This document shows, in pieces, positions 16,982 to 26,963 of a stretch of 64,000 nucleotides of DNA. A program made the translations under genes and the position numbers. Source of the stretch: Minisyncoccota bacterium (GTDB lineage: Bacteria > Patescibacteriota > Minisyncoccia > Phycocordibacterales > SBAW01); NCBI GenBank assembly GCA_035510635.1, contig DATKGU010000003.1:662-64661 (forward strand). The letters are read 5' to 3'. The notes under the pieces were generated by a model that had not been told where the DNA came from, ran no database searches, and saw nothing but the letters and a program-made list of their open reading frames with translations. Positions within the stretch are counted from its first letter, which is position 1, and each line of letters begins with the position of its first letter.

Positions 16982-17995
16982 ATGGCTTTTTTTACTCCAA
17001 AACTCGGCATCGACCTCGGCACTGCCAACACGCTGGTGTTTGTACCCGGCAAAGGGGTTATCCTCAACGAGCCTTCGGTGGTGGCAATCTCGGAGATAGA
17101 CAAGCGCATTTTGGCGGTTGGTTTTGCCGCTAAAGAGATGATCGGCCGCACACCGGGCGAGATTGTGGCGTACCGGCCGCTCCGCGACGGCGTGATTGCC
17201 GACTACCGCGTGACGCAAGCAATGCTGCGCTATTTTATACAAAAGGCGCTCGGGCGTTTCCAACTTTTTAAACCAGAGGTGATGATTAGCGTGCCAACCG
17301 GCGTCACTTCTACCGAACGGCGCGCGGTTGTGGAGGCCGCGATACGCGCGGGCGCTAAAAGCGCATATGTGGTTAAGGAGTCGGTGCTCGCGGCCATTGG
17401 CGCGGGCATCCCGATACAAGAGGCGCGTGGCAACATGGTGGTAGACCTCGGCGGCGGCACGTGCGATGTGGCGGTGATTAGCCTCGGCGGTATTGTCGCT
17501 TCGACAAGTGTTAAATGCGCGGGCGACAAGCTCGACCACGCGATTGCCGATTATATTAAAAAAACGTACAACCTCGGCATCGGCGAGAAGACCGCCGAGG
17601 ATGTAAAAATCGCCATCGGCTCGGCGGTGCCGATGGAGGAGGAGCTCGTGGTGATGGTACGCGGCCGCGATTTTATATCGGGCCTGCCGCGCACGGTGGA
17701 GATAAAAACCAACGACATCGTCAAAGCAATCGGCAAAGAACTCCGCGAAATTATCAAAGCAATACGCGATGTGTTGCAAGAGACGCCGCCGGAGCTCGCA
17801 TCCGACATTATCGATAGAGGCATCATCATGACCGGAGGCACTTCGATGTTGCGCAATTTTCCCGAGCTGGTACTGCGCCGCACGGGCGTTAAAGCCGAGG
17901 TTGCCAACGACCCGCTCTATTGCGTGGCGCGCGGCACAGGCATTGCACTCAACCATCTCGACACCTACAAAAAAGCAATCATCACAAAGAGGTAA
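16982..17995 (+). CDS. mreB: Rod shape protein MreB (copy 1)
   Basis: GIDLGTANT, EPSVVA, DLGGGT. Confidence 0.96.
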   Translation: MAFFTPKLGIDLGTANTLVFVPGKGVILNEPSVVAISEIDKRILAVGFAAKEMIGRTPGEIVAYRPLRDGVIADYRVTQAMLRYFIQKALGRFQLFKPEVMISVPTGVTSTERRAVVEAAIRAGAKSAYVVKESVLAAIGAGIPIQEARGNMVVDLGGGTCDVAVISLGGIVASTSVKCAGDKLDHAIADYIKKTYNLGIGEKTAEDVKIAIGSAVPMEEELVVMVRGRDFISGLPRTVEIKTNDIVKAIGKELREIIKAIRDVLQETPPELASDIIDRGIIMTGGTSMLRNFPELVLRRTGVKAEVANDPLYCVARGTGIALNHLDTYKKAIITKR

Positions 17996-18004
17996 TATAT
18001 ACGC

Positions 18005-18691
18005 ATGGAGCATCATGCCTATTTTTTAGAAGGCGAGACAAACCTCTTACGGGAGGTGAGCAGCGATGTGCGCGCACGCGAGCATGTCAAAGCCAACGAC
18101 CCCGATTTTTTAGAGCGTGCATACGAAAAATTTGGTGTTGAGGAGGCGGCCGAGCTCAAAACGCTCGCGTCTTTTAGGTCGGCGGGAGAAAAGAGTTTTT
18201 TTATCATCGCAATTGCTTCTATTACTATCGAAGCACAACAGGCGTTGCTTAAACTCCTCGAGGAGCCTAGGTTGGGATTGACGCTTGTGCTCGTGGTGCC
18301 GCATGGCACACTCCTGCCAACGCTCCGCTCGCGCATGCTTGAGTATCCACATAAGTTGAAATTTGCTGAGCAAAATAGTCTGGTTGAGACGAAGTCGACC
18401 CGAGGACTTTTTGAGCAGAAAATTTCAACTTTCCTAAAAGCGCCCAACAAAGCGCGCAGTGCCACTATTACCGAACTACTCAAAGACGACGAGGGTACGC
18501 GCGAGCGCGTGCGTGCATTTTTAAATGCGCTCGAAGTTGAGCTTCATTCAAAACTATTAGAGTCACACGGCAAAAAAGAGTTTCGCGAAGCGCTCGAAGA
18601 TGTTGCACGCGTGCGCTCCTATGCGGGCGACCGCTCACCGTCGTTTAAAATGTTGCTCGAGCATTTGGCGTTGGCTTTGCCAAAGATATGA
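18005..18691 (+). CDS. holB: DNA polymerase III delta'-like subunit (short)
   Basis: EAQQALLKLLEEP, LLPTLRSR. Confidence 0.75.
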   Translation: MEHHAYFLEGETNLLREVSSDVRAREHVKANDPDFLERAYEKFGVEEAAELKTLASFRSAGEKSFFIIAIASITIEAQQALLKLLEEPRLGLTLVLVVPHGTLLPTLRSRMLEYPHKLKFAEQNSLVETKSTRGLFEQKISTFLKAPNKARSATITELLKDDEGTRERVRAFLNALEVELHSKLLESHGKKEFREALEDVARVRSYAGDRSPSFKMLLEHLALALPKI

Positions 18692-19365
18692 CGCCAAAAA
18701 AATTAGAGGAGCGGAAACTGCGCATACAAAAGCTGAACAAAGCGCTTTCCAAGCTGTATCCTCATGCAAAAATTGAGCTCAATTACAAAACCCCGTGGGA
18801 GCTTTTGGTGGCGGTGCAACTCTCGGCACAGTCGACCGACAAGCAGGTCAACAAGATTACCGAAAAGCTGTTTAAAAAATATAAAAAGTTAGAGGATTAC
18901 GTAAGGGCAGGCAAGAGCGAGAAGGGGAGGCGCGAGTTTGAAAAAGATATTTTTGCGTCGGGGTTTTATCGCAACAAAGCTAAAAGTATCTTGGCCTTGG
19001 CCAAGATCATAAAGGAAGACTTGCATGGGCGGATTCCTAAAGATATTACTATCTTAGTTACTCTACCCGGAATAGGCCGCAAAACCGCCAATGTCGTGCT
19101 CGCCGAGGCGTTTGGCGTACTTGCGGGCGTCACGGTGGACACGCATGTCATACGGTTTGTAAAAAGGTTTGACCTCTCAAGCGAAAAAACGCCCGAAAAA
19201 ATAGAAAAAGACTTGATGCAACTCCTGCCCAAACGCGAGTGGCGCACGTTTACGCACCGGGTTATATGGTATGGCCGGCGCATGGCGCCCGCGCGTATAT
19301 ATGACACCAGCAAAGACCCGTTGGTTAAAATCTACCCGCCGGCAGCCAAACTATTTAGAGTTTGA
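18688..19365 (+). CDS. nth: Endonuclease III, lacking the C-terminal 4Fe-4S cysteines
   Basis: LLVAVQLSAQSTD, LPGIGRKTANVV, VDTH. Confidence 0.93.
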   Translation: MTPKKLEERKLRIQKLNKALSKLYPHAKIELNYKTPWELLVAVQLSAQSTDKQVNKITEKLFKKYKKLEDYVRAGKSEKGRREFEKDIFASGFYRNKAKSILALAKIIKEDLHGRIPKDITILVTLPGIGRKTANVVLAEAFGVLAGVTVDTHVIRFVKRFDLSSEKTPEKIEKDLMQLLPKREWRTFTHRVIWYGRRMAPARIYDTSKDPLVKIYPPAAKLFRV

Positions 19366-19377
19366 TATAATGAGCTT

Positions 19378-19929
19378 ATGGCATACGATTTTAAAGTTTT
19401 TGATAAGCGGATTGCAGAGATTACTGAGCGGCTCAGTAAGGAGTTGGCAGGCGTGCGCACGGGGCGCGCGGGGCCGGCAATACTCGACGGTGTGTTGGTC
19501 GAGAGCTACGGCACGCGCGTGCCGATAACTCAGGTAGCTAATATATCGATAGAAGACGCGCGCACGTTGCGCATTGTGCCGTGGGACAAAAGCCTCGCTA
19601 AAGAAATTGAAAAGTCAATAACGAGTGCAAACCTCGGCCTCTCGGTTGGCATGGACGAGAAGGGCATCCGCGTATTTTTCCCTGAGCTCACCTCGGAGCG
19701 CCGCGTGTCATTAGTAAAACTCGCCAAAGAAAAAGTTGAAGAACTGCGCACTGCCTTGCGCGCCGCGCGCGACGATGTGTGGAGTGATATCCAAAAATTG
19801 GAGCGCGAGGGCAAGATGCCCGAGGACGACAAGTTTAAAGCAAAAGAGGACATGCAAAAGCGCGTTGATGCAGCGAATGCCGCGTTTGACACCGCGCTCG
19901 CGCGCAAAGAGAAGGAGATAGCGGGTTAA
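19378..19929 (+). CDS. frr: Ribosome recycling factor
   Basis: VRTGRA, IEKSI, PELTSERR. Confidence 0.96.
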   Translation: MAYDFKVFDKRIAEITERLSKELAGVRTGRAGPAILDGVLVESYGTRVPITQVANISIEDARTLRIVPWDKSLAKEIEKSITSANLGLSVGMDEKGIRVFFPELTSERRVSLVKLAKEKVEELRTALRAARDDVWSDIQKLEREGKMPEDDKFKAKEDMQKRVDAANAAFDTALARKEKEIAG

Positions 19930-19947
19930 ATGCTATCATAAGTTGGC

Positions 19948-21096
19948 ATGACCTTCGTCTACTTTATTCTTATTTTGGTGGTGCTCGTTATTATCCACGA
20001 GTTTGGGCATTTTATTGTTGCCAAATTATCCGGCATATGCGTCGATGAGTTTGGCATATTTTTCCCGCCGCGCATTGCGGCAATAAAAAGAGGGGAGACC
20101 GAGTACTCTATCAACTGGCTGCCATTTGGCGGATTTGTAAAAATCTTTGGAGAGAATGGAGAAACAAACGAACGCAGCCCCGACGCTTTGGTCGGGGTTC
20201 CGACCTCCGAGGCGGAGCGTCGGAATTTCGTCAACAAGCCGCGCTACGTGCAGGCGGCCGTAATTGTTGCAGGCATCGTGTTTAATCTCATCTTTGCGTG
20301 GCTCGTGCTCTCGGCCGGCTACATGGCAGGCATCCCCACCTCGCCCGGCACCAACACTGTGGGCACGGTTACCAACGTGCAGGTGATGGTGACCGATGTG
20401 TTGCCCAGCTCTCCGGCCGAAAAATCTGGCCTCCTCGCCAGCGACCAAATAGAGGATATACAAACTGCCACGGCTGCGCTCGATGTGCGCTCGCTTGCAC
20501 AAACGCAAAACTCCGGCGCAGCTGATGCCGTGACCAATTTTATTTTGGCGCACCAAGACGAGAGCGTAGTCATCACGGTGTTGCGCGATGGACAGCAAAA
20601 AACATTTTTGGCAAAAGCCGCAGAGGGGATTGTTGCCGGGCACAAAGCCATAGGCGTTGAGCTTTCCGATGTTGGCACACTGAAGCTTGGCCTCCCGCAG
20701 GCACTCGTCCAAGGTGCAGTACTCGGCTACGACATCACCGTGAGCACTGCGCAGGGTCTCGCTACATTTTTTAAACAACTCATAACCCTCACCGCCAATT
20801 TTAACGACGTGTCGGGGCCAATAGGCATCACCGTGTTTGGCGCGGCAACGCTCAAGCAAGGCTGGGTAGCGGCAGCACTTTTAACCGCGCTTATCTCAAT
20901 TAATCTCGCCATCATAAATATCATCCCAATCCCCGGACTCGATGGCGGCCGCTTGCTTATCATTGGTATAGAAGCAGTAATCCGCCGCCCGGTAAACCCA
21001 AGTATTGTGATGAAAGCCACGATGGTGGGCTTTGCACTCCTCATCCTGCTTATGGTAGTCGTGTCCTATCACGACATAGTCCGCCTTGTGGGGTAA
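19948..21096 (+). CDS. rseP: RseP-like site-2 protease (M50) with PDZ domain
   Basis: HEFGH, NIIPIPGLDGG. Confidence 0.93.
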   Translation: MTFVYFILILVVLVIIHEFGHFIVAKLSGICVDEFGIFFPPRIAAIKRGETEYSINWLPFGGFVKIFGENGETNERSPDALVGVPTSEAERRNFVNKPRYVQAAVIVAGIVFNLIFAWLVLSAGYMAGIPTSPGTNTVGTVTNVQVMVTDVLPSSPAEKSGLLASDQIEDIQTATAALDVRSLAQTQNSGAADAVTNFILAHQDESVVITVLRDGQQKTFLAKAAEGIVAGHKAIGVELSDVGTLKLGLPQALVQGAVLGYDITVSTAQGLATFFKQLITLTANFNDVSGPIGITVFGAATLKQGWVAAALLTALISINLAIINIIPIPGLDGGRLLIIGIEAVIRRPVNPSIVMKATMVGFALLILLMVVVSYHDIVRLVG

Positions 21097-21184
21097 ATAA
21101 AAAAGCCCCGCACACTGTTCTGGGCAACAGATGTGCGGGACCAAGTTTGAAACAAAGAACTTTTCTTATTTTGTGCCGACGCGC

Positions 21185-22378
21185 TTACGCGGCGGCTTCG
21201 TCGAGCGGTTCCTCGCCTTCCTCGCGGAAGTAATAGAGGACGCTGCAGTCAGCCAGCGGGTTCCACTGCTTTCCGCTGTTATCCATATCCACGAGTTTGT
21301 GGATGAGAAGAATATCGCCCGGCCGCAGGAGCTTGAGCCCTTGTCGGTCGATGCGACCGGTGTCGGTCGTCTGATGGCGTAGTTGCACCTTCGTGATCTC
21401 GCGACCTTTGAAGGTGATGGGTTGCCGCAGTGTGGCGTAGCCCATCGCCGAACCGCCGGTGCCGTAGACAAACCAGTCCAACACGGCCTGTTTGTCCGAA
21501 GTTAAGGCGACCTTTGGTTCCGGCCTGATCCAGAAGTCTTCGTCGTCGTCCCATTTCTCGAGCGTGGCGCTGCGCACCAGCTCGCGGAACTTGGGCAAGA
21601 GCAGCATCTGCAGCCACTGCTCGATCGAAGGATGGCCGACATCCGGCACGAAGACGAATCCGTTGAGGATCTTTCGAACCTCGTCGCTACCGAACGCGGC
21701 AGCGACGCGTTTGTCTTCGCTTTTCAGCGTGTAGGGCGTCTTCGCAGTACGCTTGTACACGTACCCGCGCCAGCCGATGTCCTGCACCAGACGGAACTCG
21801 CCGTCCAGGTATATGATGAGAACGCGGTCGAGCGTGACCCTCCCGGTCTTGCTCACCGCTATGATGTCGGCGCGATTCGATCCGCACCGACTTTGCATTT
21901 GGGTGTCGACCCAGAGGACAACCCGCGGGATATTTTGTTCCGCCATCTCCTTGTTGTCGGAGACGATGCGGGAACGCACTTCGCATGGCGGCTCGCTGTG
22001 GACCACCAGGTCCCCATACGGGGCGACGTTCGCGGCAAGACGATACCTGTCGCCGTTTTCGCGTTGGGCGATAATTACCCGGTCATTGTCCTTGTGATGG
22101 GCGATTTCCAGCGCAAAGTTGGTGACCAACCTGTCCCGCAGATTGTTGCGGGCAAACGACGCCTTGTCGGTGTTCTCGATCTTGGCGACCTCTTTCCACC
22201 CATTCGCGAAATCCGGCAAACTGATGACGCCGGTCCGCTGGTCGATGGTAGGAACCACCTCCGTCTGCATGTTTTTGCCCGTGAAGGCCGTCACGAAGGC
22301 GATGACACCCGCGTGACTGAAATTGCGAGAGTTGGCTAGTGTTCTCGACATGACAAAACTCCGTGTCTTGCGGGGCAT
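21185..22378 (-). CDS. Hypothetical protein
   Basis: 397-aa ORF, no motif recognised. Confidence 0.75.
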   Translation of the reverse strand: MPRKTRSFVMSRTLANSRNFSHAGVIAFVTAFTGKNMQTEVVPTIDQRTGVISLPDFANGWKEVAKIENTDKASFARNNLRDRLVTNFALEIAHHKDNDRVIIAQRENGDRYRLAANVAPYGDLVVHSEPPCEVRSRIVSDNKEMAEQNIPRVVLWVDTQMQSRCGSNRADIIAVSKTGRVTLDRVLIIYLDGEFRLVQDIGWRGYVYKRTAKTPYTLKSEDKRVAAAFGSDEVRKILNGFVFVPDVGHPSIEQWLQMLLLPKFRELVRSATLEKWDDDEDFWIRPEPKVALTSDKQAVLDWFVYGTGGSAMGYATLRQPITFKGREITKVQLRHQTTDTGRIDRQGLKLLRPGDILLIHKLVDMDNSGKQWNPLADCSVLYYFREEGEEPLDEAAA

Positions 22379-22467
22379 GAGCGCCCCACGATGTATTCTT
22401 TTTTCAGTGAACGATTCGTGTTGCCGAGTTCGACTCCCAGAGTCAAACCCAACATGCGAACCATTAC

Positions 22468-23427
22468 TTATTTGATGTTCAGCGCTTCGAGTCCTGCTCT
22501 GACTATTTTTTTAAACTCCTCCCACTCGATGCTCGAGGGCGTCACTTTATCGCTGTGCGAGCCGCCGTTAAGCAGCGAGTTGGTTGCCGGATCATAATAC
22601 CAGTATTCAACTTCTTTAATGCGGCCGGTTTGGCCAAGATATACTGGGTCATTACCAAGATCTATGCCGGCATTTTCTCCCTCGCGCAAACGGATAAGTG
22701 CTGCAACAATCGAGAGGTCGATTTTATGCTCCTGTTTTGTAAGGACGCATAAGTGATTGGTCTTTTCAGATTTTTGTATAACCACATCAGCATGCGGGCC
22801 GCTCATCGAGCGCAGGTACGTGGGCATAGCCGGCTTATCCGAAACTATGCACGACACGAGCAACTTTTTGTTTCCGTAGGTAACGGTAAACTCTTCATAT
22901 GCGCCTTCGGCGCGCTTGCGCTCAACCTCGGCAGGCAACTCAACATGGTGCTCTTGGGCTGATTGCCAGTGAGCTTCGAGGAGGGGGAGTATTGAGTCGA
23001 CCACATGTTGCGGATTTTTAGGATTTGCTTTGTTGAGCGATGCAATAAGTCCCGAGAGTCCAAACGCACGATCAAGCGGATCGCGTGATACCGTTCCTTT
23101 CCCTTGTTTATCATCACGATTGGTGTATGCAAGCAACTGTTGCAATGAACGATCGTTATACACGCCAAGATATCGTGCAACCAGTTCGGTCGTGGAGTAG
23201 TCGGAGCCATGATGGTCAAGCGGTCCGCCGCCCAAATCAATTGCCAATATATTTTGCTTCAGTAAACTTTCAAAGGTCTCATTGTTCTCCAATTGCGCGC
23301 GTACTTCAACGGTAGCATTTTCAATATCAGGGAATTTTTTTGCCCCAAATTTTTTGAGCAAGAAGATTGCCACGATAGTATCGGGCTGAGGACGGGTTGG
23401 CAACAGCATTTTCCACTGCTTTTCCAC
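22468..23427 (-). CDS. Hypothetical protein, DHH/MYG1-like
   Basis: PQPDTIVAIFLL and IDLGGGPLDHH; GTG start 7 nt after TACAAT. Confidence 0.55.
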   Translation of the reverse strand: MEKQWKMLLPTRPQPDTIVAIFLLKKFGAKKFPDIENATVEVRAQLENNETFESLLKQNILAIDLGGGPLDHHGSDYSTTELVARYLGVYNDRSLQQLLAYTNRDDKQGKGTVSRDPLDRAFGLSGLIASLNKANPKNPQHVVDSILPLLEAHWQSAQEHHVELPAEVERKRAEGAYEEFTVTYGNKKLLVSCIVSDKPAMPTYLRSMSGPHADVVIQKSEKTNHLCVLTKQEHKIDLSIVAALIRLREGENAGIDLGNDPVYLGQTGRIKEVEYWYYDPATNSLLNGGSHSDKVTPSSIEWEEFKKIVRAGLEALNIK

Positions 23428-23466
23428 GGAAACAATTGTAGCATACATACTATAAAAAGTAAAGAC

Positions 23467-23512
23467 CCCGGGCAGGATAGCTTGACATTGAGCCAAAGTA
23501 TCCTGTCCGGGG
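23467..23512. terminator. Long GC-rich hairpin after 23530..24399
   Basis: CCCCGGGCAGGATA ... TATCCTGTCCGGGG. Confidence 0.5.
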
Positions 23513-23529
23513 TAGTTTTTGTGCCCTTG

Positions 23530-24399
23530 TTAGGCCTTTTTCGCGTACTTCTCGGCGAGTTTGCCGAGCAGAGTCGGCATCACGTTGCCGAATACCTGGA
23601 GCCGAGCAATAAAGCGCTCAGAAAGTTTGCTCTTCTCCATGAGAAGAATTTCGTCCGCCGACCAGTCGTATCGGACGAACTCGCGACCCGACCCCCGTTG
23701 AATGGGGTTGGCGCCGGTCGTGTCGAACAACCGATCCATCTGCACCGGCTTCAATAGGCGTGCTTGAGGCATAAAGTGCAACCCCAGCCAAACCGCCTCG
23801 AACACGTCGTAGTTCGTCCGAGCCTCCAAGCGATCCACGAGTTCGCCCGGCATCCGGGCGAAGAGTTTCTTCATGTGCTCGAGATATACTTGATTTTCCG
23901 GCCCCACCGGGACGGTGAACTCGACGCCATCTGAACCCATTCTCTCTACATTGCCGTCCTTTCTCCGCCAAGAGGCGGGAGTGATGAGTGGGCGCGGAGT
24001 AAATTTGAGAGCCTCCGGTCTGTCTTTCAATGACCGGAATAATGGAATGGCCGGCTTAAGTTCGGCCAATTTCCCTCCGCGCACATATATATTGCGTGCG
24101 CGTGCTGCGCGGAAGAGCGCGAGGGCGGCCTCAGGATCGGGGTGTTCTTCCTTGGATAGTTGTTCGATTTGAGCCTGGAGATGGCACATCTTGGCGAAGG
24201 GGTCAACGACAATTGCCCCCCGCGCCTGTCTCAGTTCCTCCAAAGCTTCGCGCGCCTCTTCGCTGATGAGTGCGGCCTGTTCCAGAGCATGCATTTCTTC
24301 GGGTGAGATTTGCGCACCTTCGATAGCCTTTGCAGCTTGTGACTTTCCTGCTTCTTTGGCTTCGAGTGCTTGCTTTGCGAGTTCACGAAGTGATGACAT
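23530..24399 (-). CDS. Hypothetical protein with N-terminal coiled coil
   Basis: 289-aa ORF with upstream TTGACT promoter. Confidence 0.75.
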   Translation of the reverse strand: MSSLRELAKQALEAKEAGKSQAAKAIEGAQISPEEMHALEQAALISEEAREALEELRQARGAIVVDPFAKMCHLQAQIEQLSKEEHPDPEAALALFRAARARNIYVRGGKLAELKPAIPLFRSLKDRPEALKFTPRPLITPASWRRKDGNVERMGSDGVEFTVPVGPENQVYLEHMKKLFARMPGELVDRLEARTNYDVFEAVWLGLHFMPQARLLKPVQMDRLFDTTGANPIQRGSGREFVRYDWSADEILLMEKSKLSERFIARLQVFGNVMPTLLGKLAEKYAKKA

Positions 24400-24629
24400 T
24401 GTTTTGTCTCTCTCTTAGTACCCGAGCCATTGTAAGAATGGACTGCGGTCGGTGGGTGGAGCCTCGTCGAGTGACGGGCCGGTACGCTTTTACAAGGAGC
24501 AAGGTTTGGGCGTGTTTGCCCGAACCAAGTCCAAAAAAAGCTTACTATATTTTACAGGAAAGTCAAGTTTCTTCCTGTTATATAAAGCTTTTTTGCCACC
24601 AATCGTTTTTGGCTCTACAATGAGTCCCT

Positions 24630-25883
24630 ATGCGGCAATCACAACTTTTTACAAAAACGCGGAGGGAGGCTCCTAAAGACGAGGTCGCTAAAAATGCACA
24701 GCTTTTACTGCGCGCGGGATACATCCACAAAGAGATGGCCGGCGTGTACGCGTATTTGCCATTGGGTCTCCGTGTGGTTGAAAAAATAAAAACAATCGTG
24801 CGCGAGGAGATGGACAAGATTGGCTGTCAGGAAATTATTATGACGAGCCTCCAGCGCAAAGAGCTGTGGGAAAAGACTTCGCGTTGGAGCGACGAGGTGG
24901 TTGATGTGTGGTTTAAATCGGCACTCAAAGCGGGCGGCGAGGTTGGCTTTGGCTGGTCGCACGAGGAGCCCATCGCCGAAATGATGAAAAACTACATCGC
25001 GAGTTACAAAGACTTGCCGATAGTGGTGTATCAGTTCCAAACCAAACTCCGCAACGAGTTGCGCGCCAAAAGCGGCATCATGCGCGGCAAAGAGTTTGTC
25101 ATGAAGGATGCGTACTCTTTTTCTCTAGGCGAGGCCGACCACACCAAGTTTTACAACGAGTCTATAGATGCCTACTTGCGCGTATTTGAGCGCGTGGGCA
25201 TTGGCGAAGACACCTTTGTAACGTTTGCCTCGGGCGGCGCGTTTACACAGTTTAGCCACGAGTTTCAAACTGTTGTCGACACCGGCGAGGACACTATTTA
25301 TATAAATAGAGAAAAAAAGATTGCCATTAACGAAGAGGTGCTCAACGATGAGACACTCAAATCTCTTAACGTGACGCGTGCAGAGTTGACCGAGGTAAAA
25401 ACCGCCGAGGTCGGCAATATTTTTAACTTTGGCACGCAAAAGTCGGAGGACCTCGGCCTCTATTACAAAAACGAAAAAGGCGAGGAGGTGCCGGTATGGA
25501 TGGGTTCCTACGGCATTGGTATCACGCGCCTCATGGGTTTGCTGGTGGAGAAGTTTGCCGACGAAAAGGGTATCGTGTGGCCCGAAAGTGTTGCACCGTT
25601 TCGTGTGCATCTTGTGGAGCTCAGCCAAGACAACGAAGATGTCGCCAACGAAGCTAAAGAGTTGTATCAAGAGCTTACCTCGGCGGGTGTTGAGGTGTTG
25701 TGGGATGATCGCGACGCGCGTGCAGGCGAGAAGTTTGCCGACAGCGATCTGCTTGGGTTGCCGCTGCGCGTTGTCGTGTCCGAAAAAACCTTGGCCGCCG
25801 GCAAGTTTGAGTGTGTTGATCGCAAGAGCGGCCATGTGTCGCATAAGAGTTTGCAGGAGCTGATAGGACATCTGACCGCGTAG
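24630..25883 (+). CDS. proS: Prolyl-tRNA synthetase (short form)
   Basis: YQFQTKLRNELRAKSGIMRGKEFVMKDAYS, MGSYGIGITR. Confidence 0.96.
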   Translation: MRQSQLFTKTRREAPKDEVAKNAQLLLRAGYIHKEMAGVYAYLPLGLRVVEKIKTIVREEMDKIGCQEIIMTSLQRKELWEKTSRWSDEVVDVWFKSALKAGGEVGFGWSHEEPIAEMMKNYIASYKDLPIVVYQFQTKLRNELRAKSGIMRGKEFVMKDAYSFSLGEADHTKFYNESIDAYLRVFERVGIGEDTFVTFASGGAFTQFSHEFQTVVDTGEDTIYINREKKIAINEEVLNDETLKSLNVTRAELTEVKTAEVGNIFNFGTQKSEDLGLYYKNEKGEEVPVWMGSYGIGITRLMGLLVEKFADEKGIVWPESVAPFRVHLVELSQDNEDVANEAKELYQELTSAGVEVLWDDRDARAGEKFADSDLLGLPLRVVVSEKTLAAGKFECVDRKSGHVSHKSLQELIGHLTA

Positions 25884-25907
25884 CCGAAGTACCGCCCGAA
25901 TATTTCG

Positions 25908-26963
25908 ATGTTTAAAAATTTTCAAAACAGATTTTTGCCGCTTATATCCAACGATGTAGGCATCGACCTTGGCACGGCCAACACGCTGGTATATCTGCGC
26001 GGCAAAGGCATTGTCGTAACCGAGCCGTCGGTGGTGGCGGTCAATCAAAAAACCGGCCAGGTGGTAGCGGTGGGCGCCGAGGCAAAGGCGATGCTCGGCC
26101 GCACGCCAGGGCACTTAGTGGCGGTGCGTCCGCTTATCGACGGCGTTGTGTCCGACTTTGAAGCAACCGAGGAGATGCTCGCCTATCTCATTAACCGCGC
26201 ACAAGGCGTGTCGCGCAAAATGCTGGGCCCTCGTGCGGTCATTGGCGTACCGTCCGGCATTACCAACGTGGAGATACGCGCCGTTAAAGATGCGGCGCAA
26301 AACGCGGGCGCGCGCGAGGTACATATAGTAGAGGAGCCGATGGCCGCGGCGCTCGGCATACGCTTGCCGGTGCGCGAAGCGATGGGCAGCATGATTGTCG
26401 ACATCGGCGGCGGCACGGTTGATATTGCGGTCATCAGTTTGGGAGGTATTGTCCGCTCTAAAAATTTGCGCGTCGCAGGCGACAAGCTCAATCAAGACAT
26501 CATTTCTTATGTACGCTCTGAGTTTAAAATTTTAATAGGGGAGAAGACTGCCGAAAACGTAAAGATGGCGATAGGCACCGCCATCGAGGGCGGCGAGCAC
26601 ATGGAGGCCATCATACGCGGCCGCGACCTCATCACAGGCTTGCCGCGCGAGATTATCATTACCGACTCGGACATTCGCGAGGCAATCTCGCAATCGATAG
26701 ATACGCTGGTTGAGTCGGTGCGCGAGGTGCTTGAGACAACGCCGCCCGAGATTCTCTCCGATATCATGCACTCAGGCATTGTGCTCGTGGGCGGCGGCGC
26801 ATTGCTCAAAGGGCTCGACAGCTTGCTCGCGCAATGGCTCAAAGTGCCCGTATTGGTAGCCGACGACCCGCTCACGGCCGTGGCGCGCGGCACCGGAGTT
26901 ATTTTGGAAAATTTAGAGGCGCATCGCGACGTATTTCTCGAACATGACGACGATATCTCCTAA
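25908..26963 (+). CDS. mreB: Rod shape protein MreB (copy 2)
   Basis: GIDLGTANT, DIGGGT; followed by mreC and pbp2. Confidence 0.96.
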   Translation: MFKNFQNRFLPLISNDVGIDLGTANTLVYLRGKGIVVTEPSVVAVNQKTGQVVAVGAEAKAMLGRTPGHLVAVRPLIDGVVSDFEATEEMLAYLINRAQGVSRKMLGPRAVIGVPSGITNVEIRAVKDAAQNAGAREVHIVEEPMAAALGIRLPVREAMGSMIVDIGGGTVDIAVISLGGIVRSKNLRVAGDKLNQDIISYVRSEFKILIGEKTAENVKMAIGTAIEGGEHMEAIIRGRDLITGLPREIIITDSDIREAISQSIDTLVESVREVLETTPPEILSDIMHSGIVLVGGGALLKGLDSLLAQWLKVPVLVADDPLTAVARGTGVILENLEAHRDVFLEHDDDIS

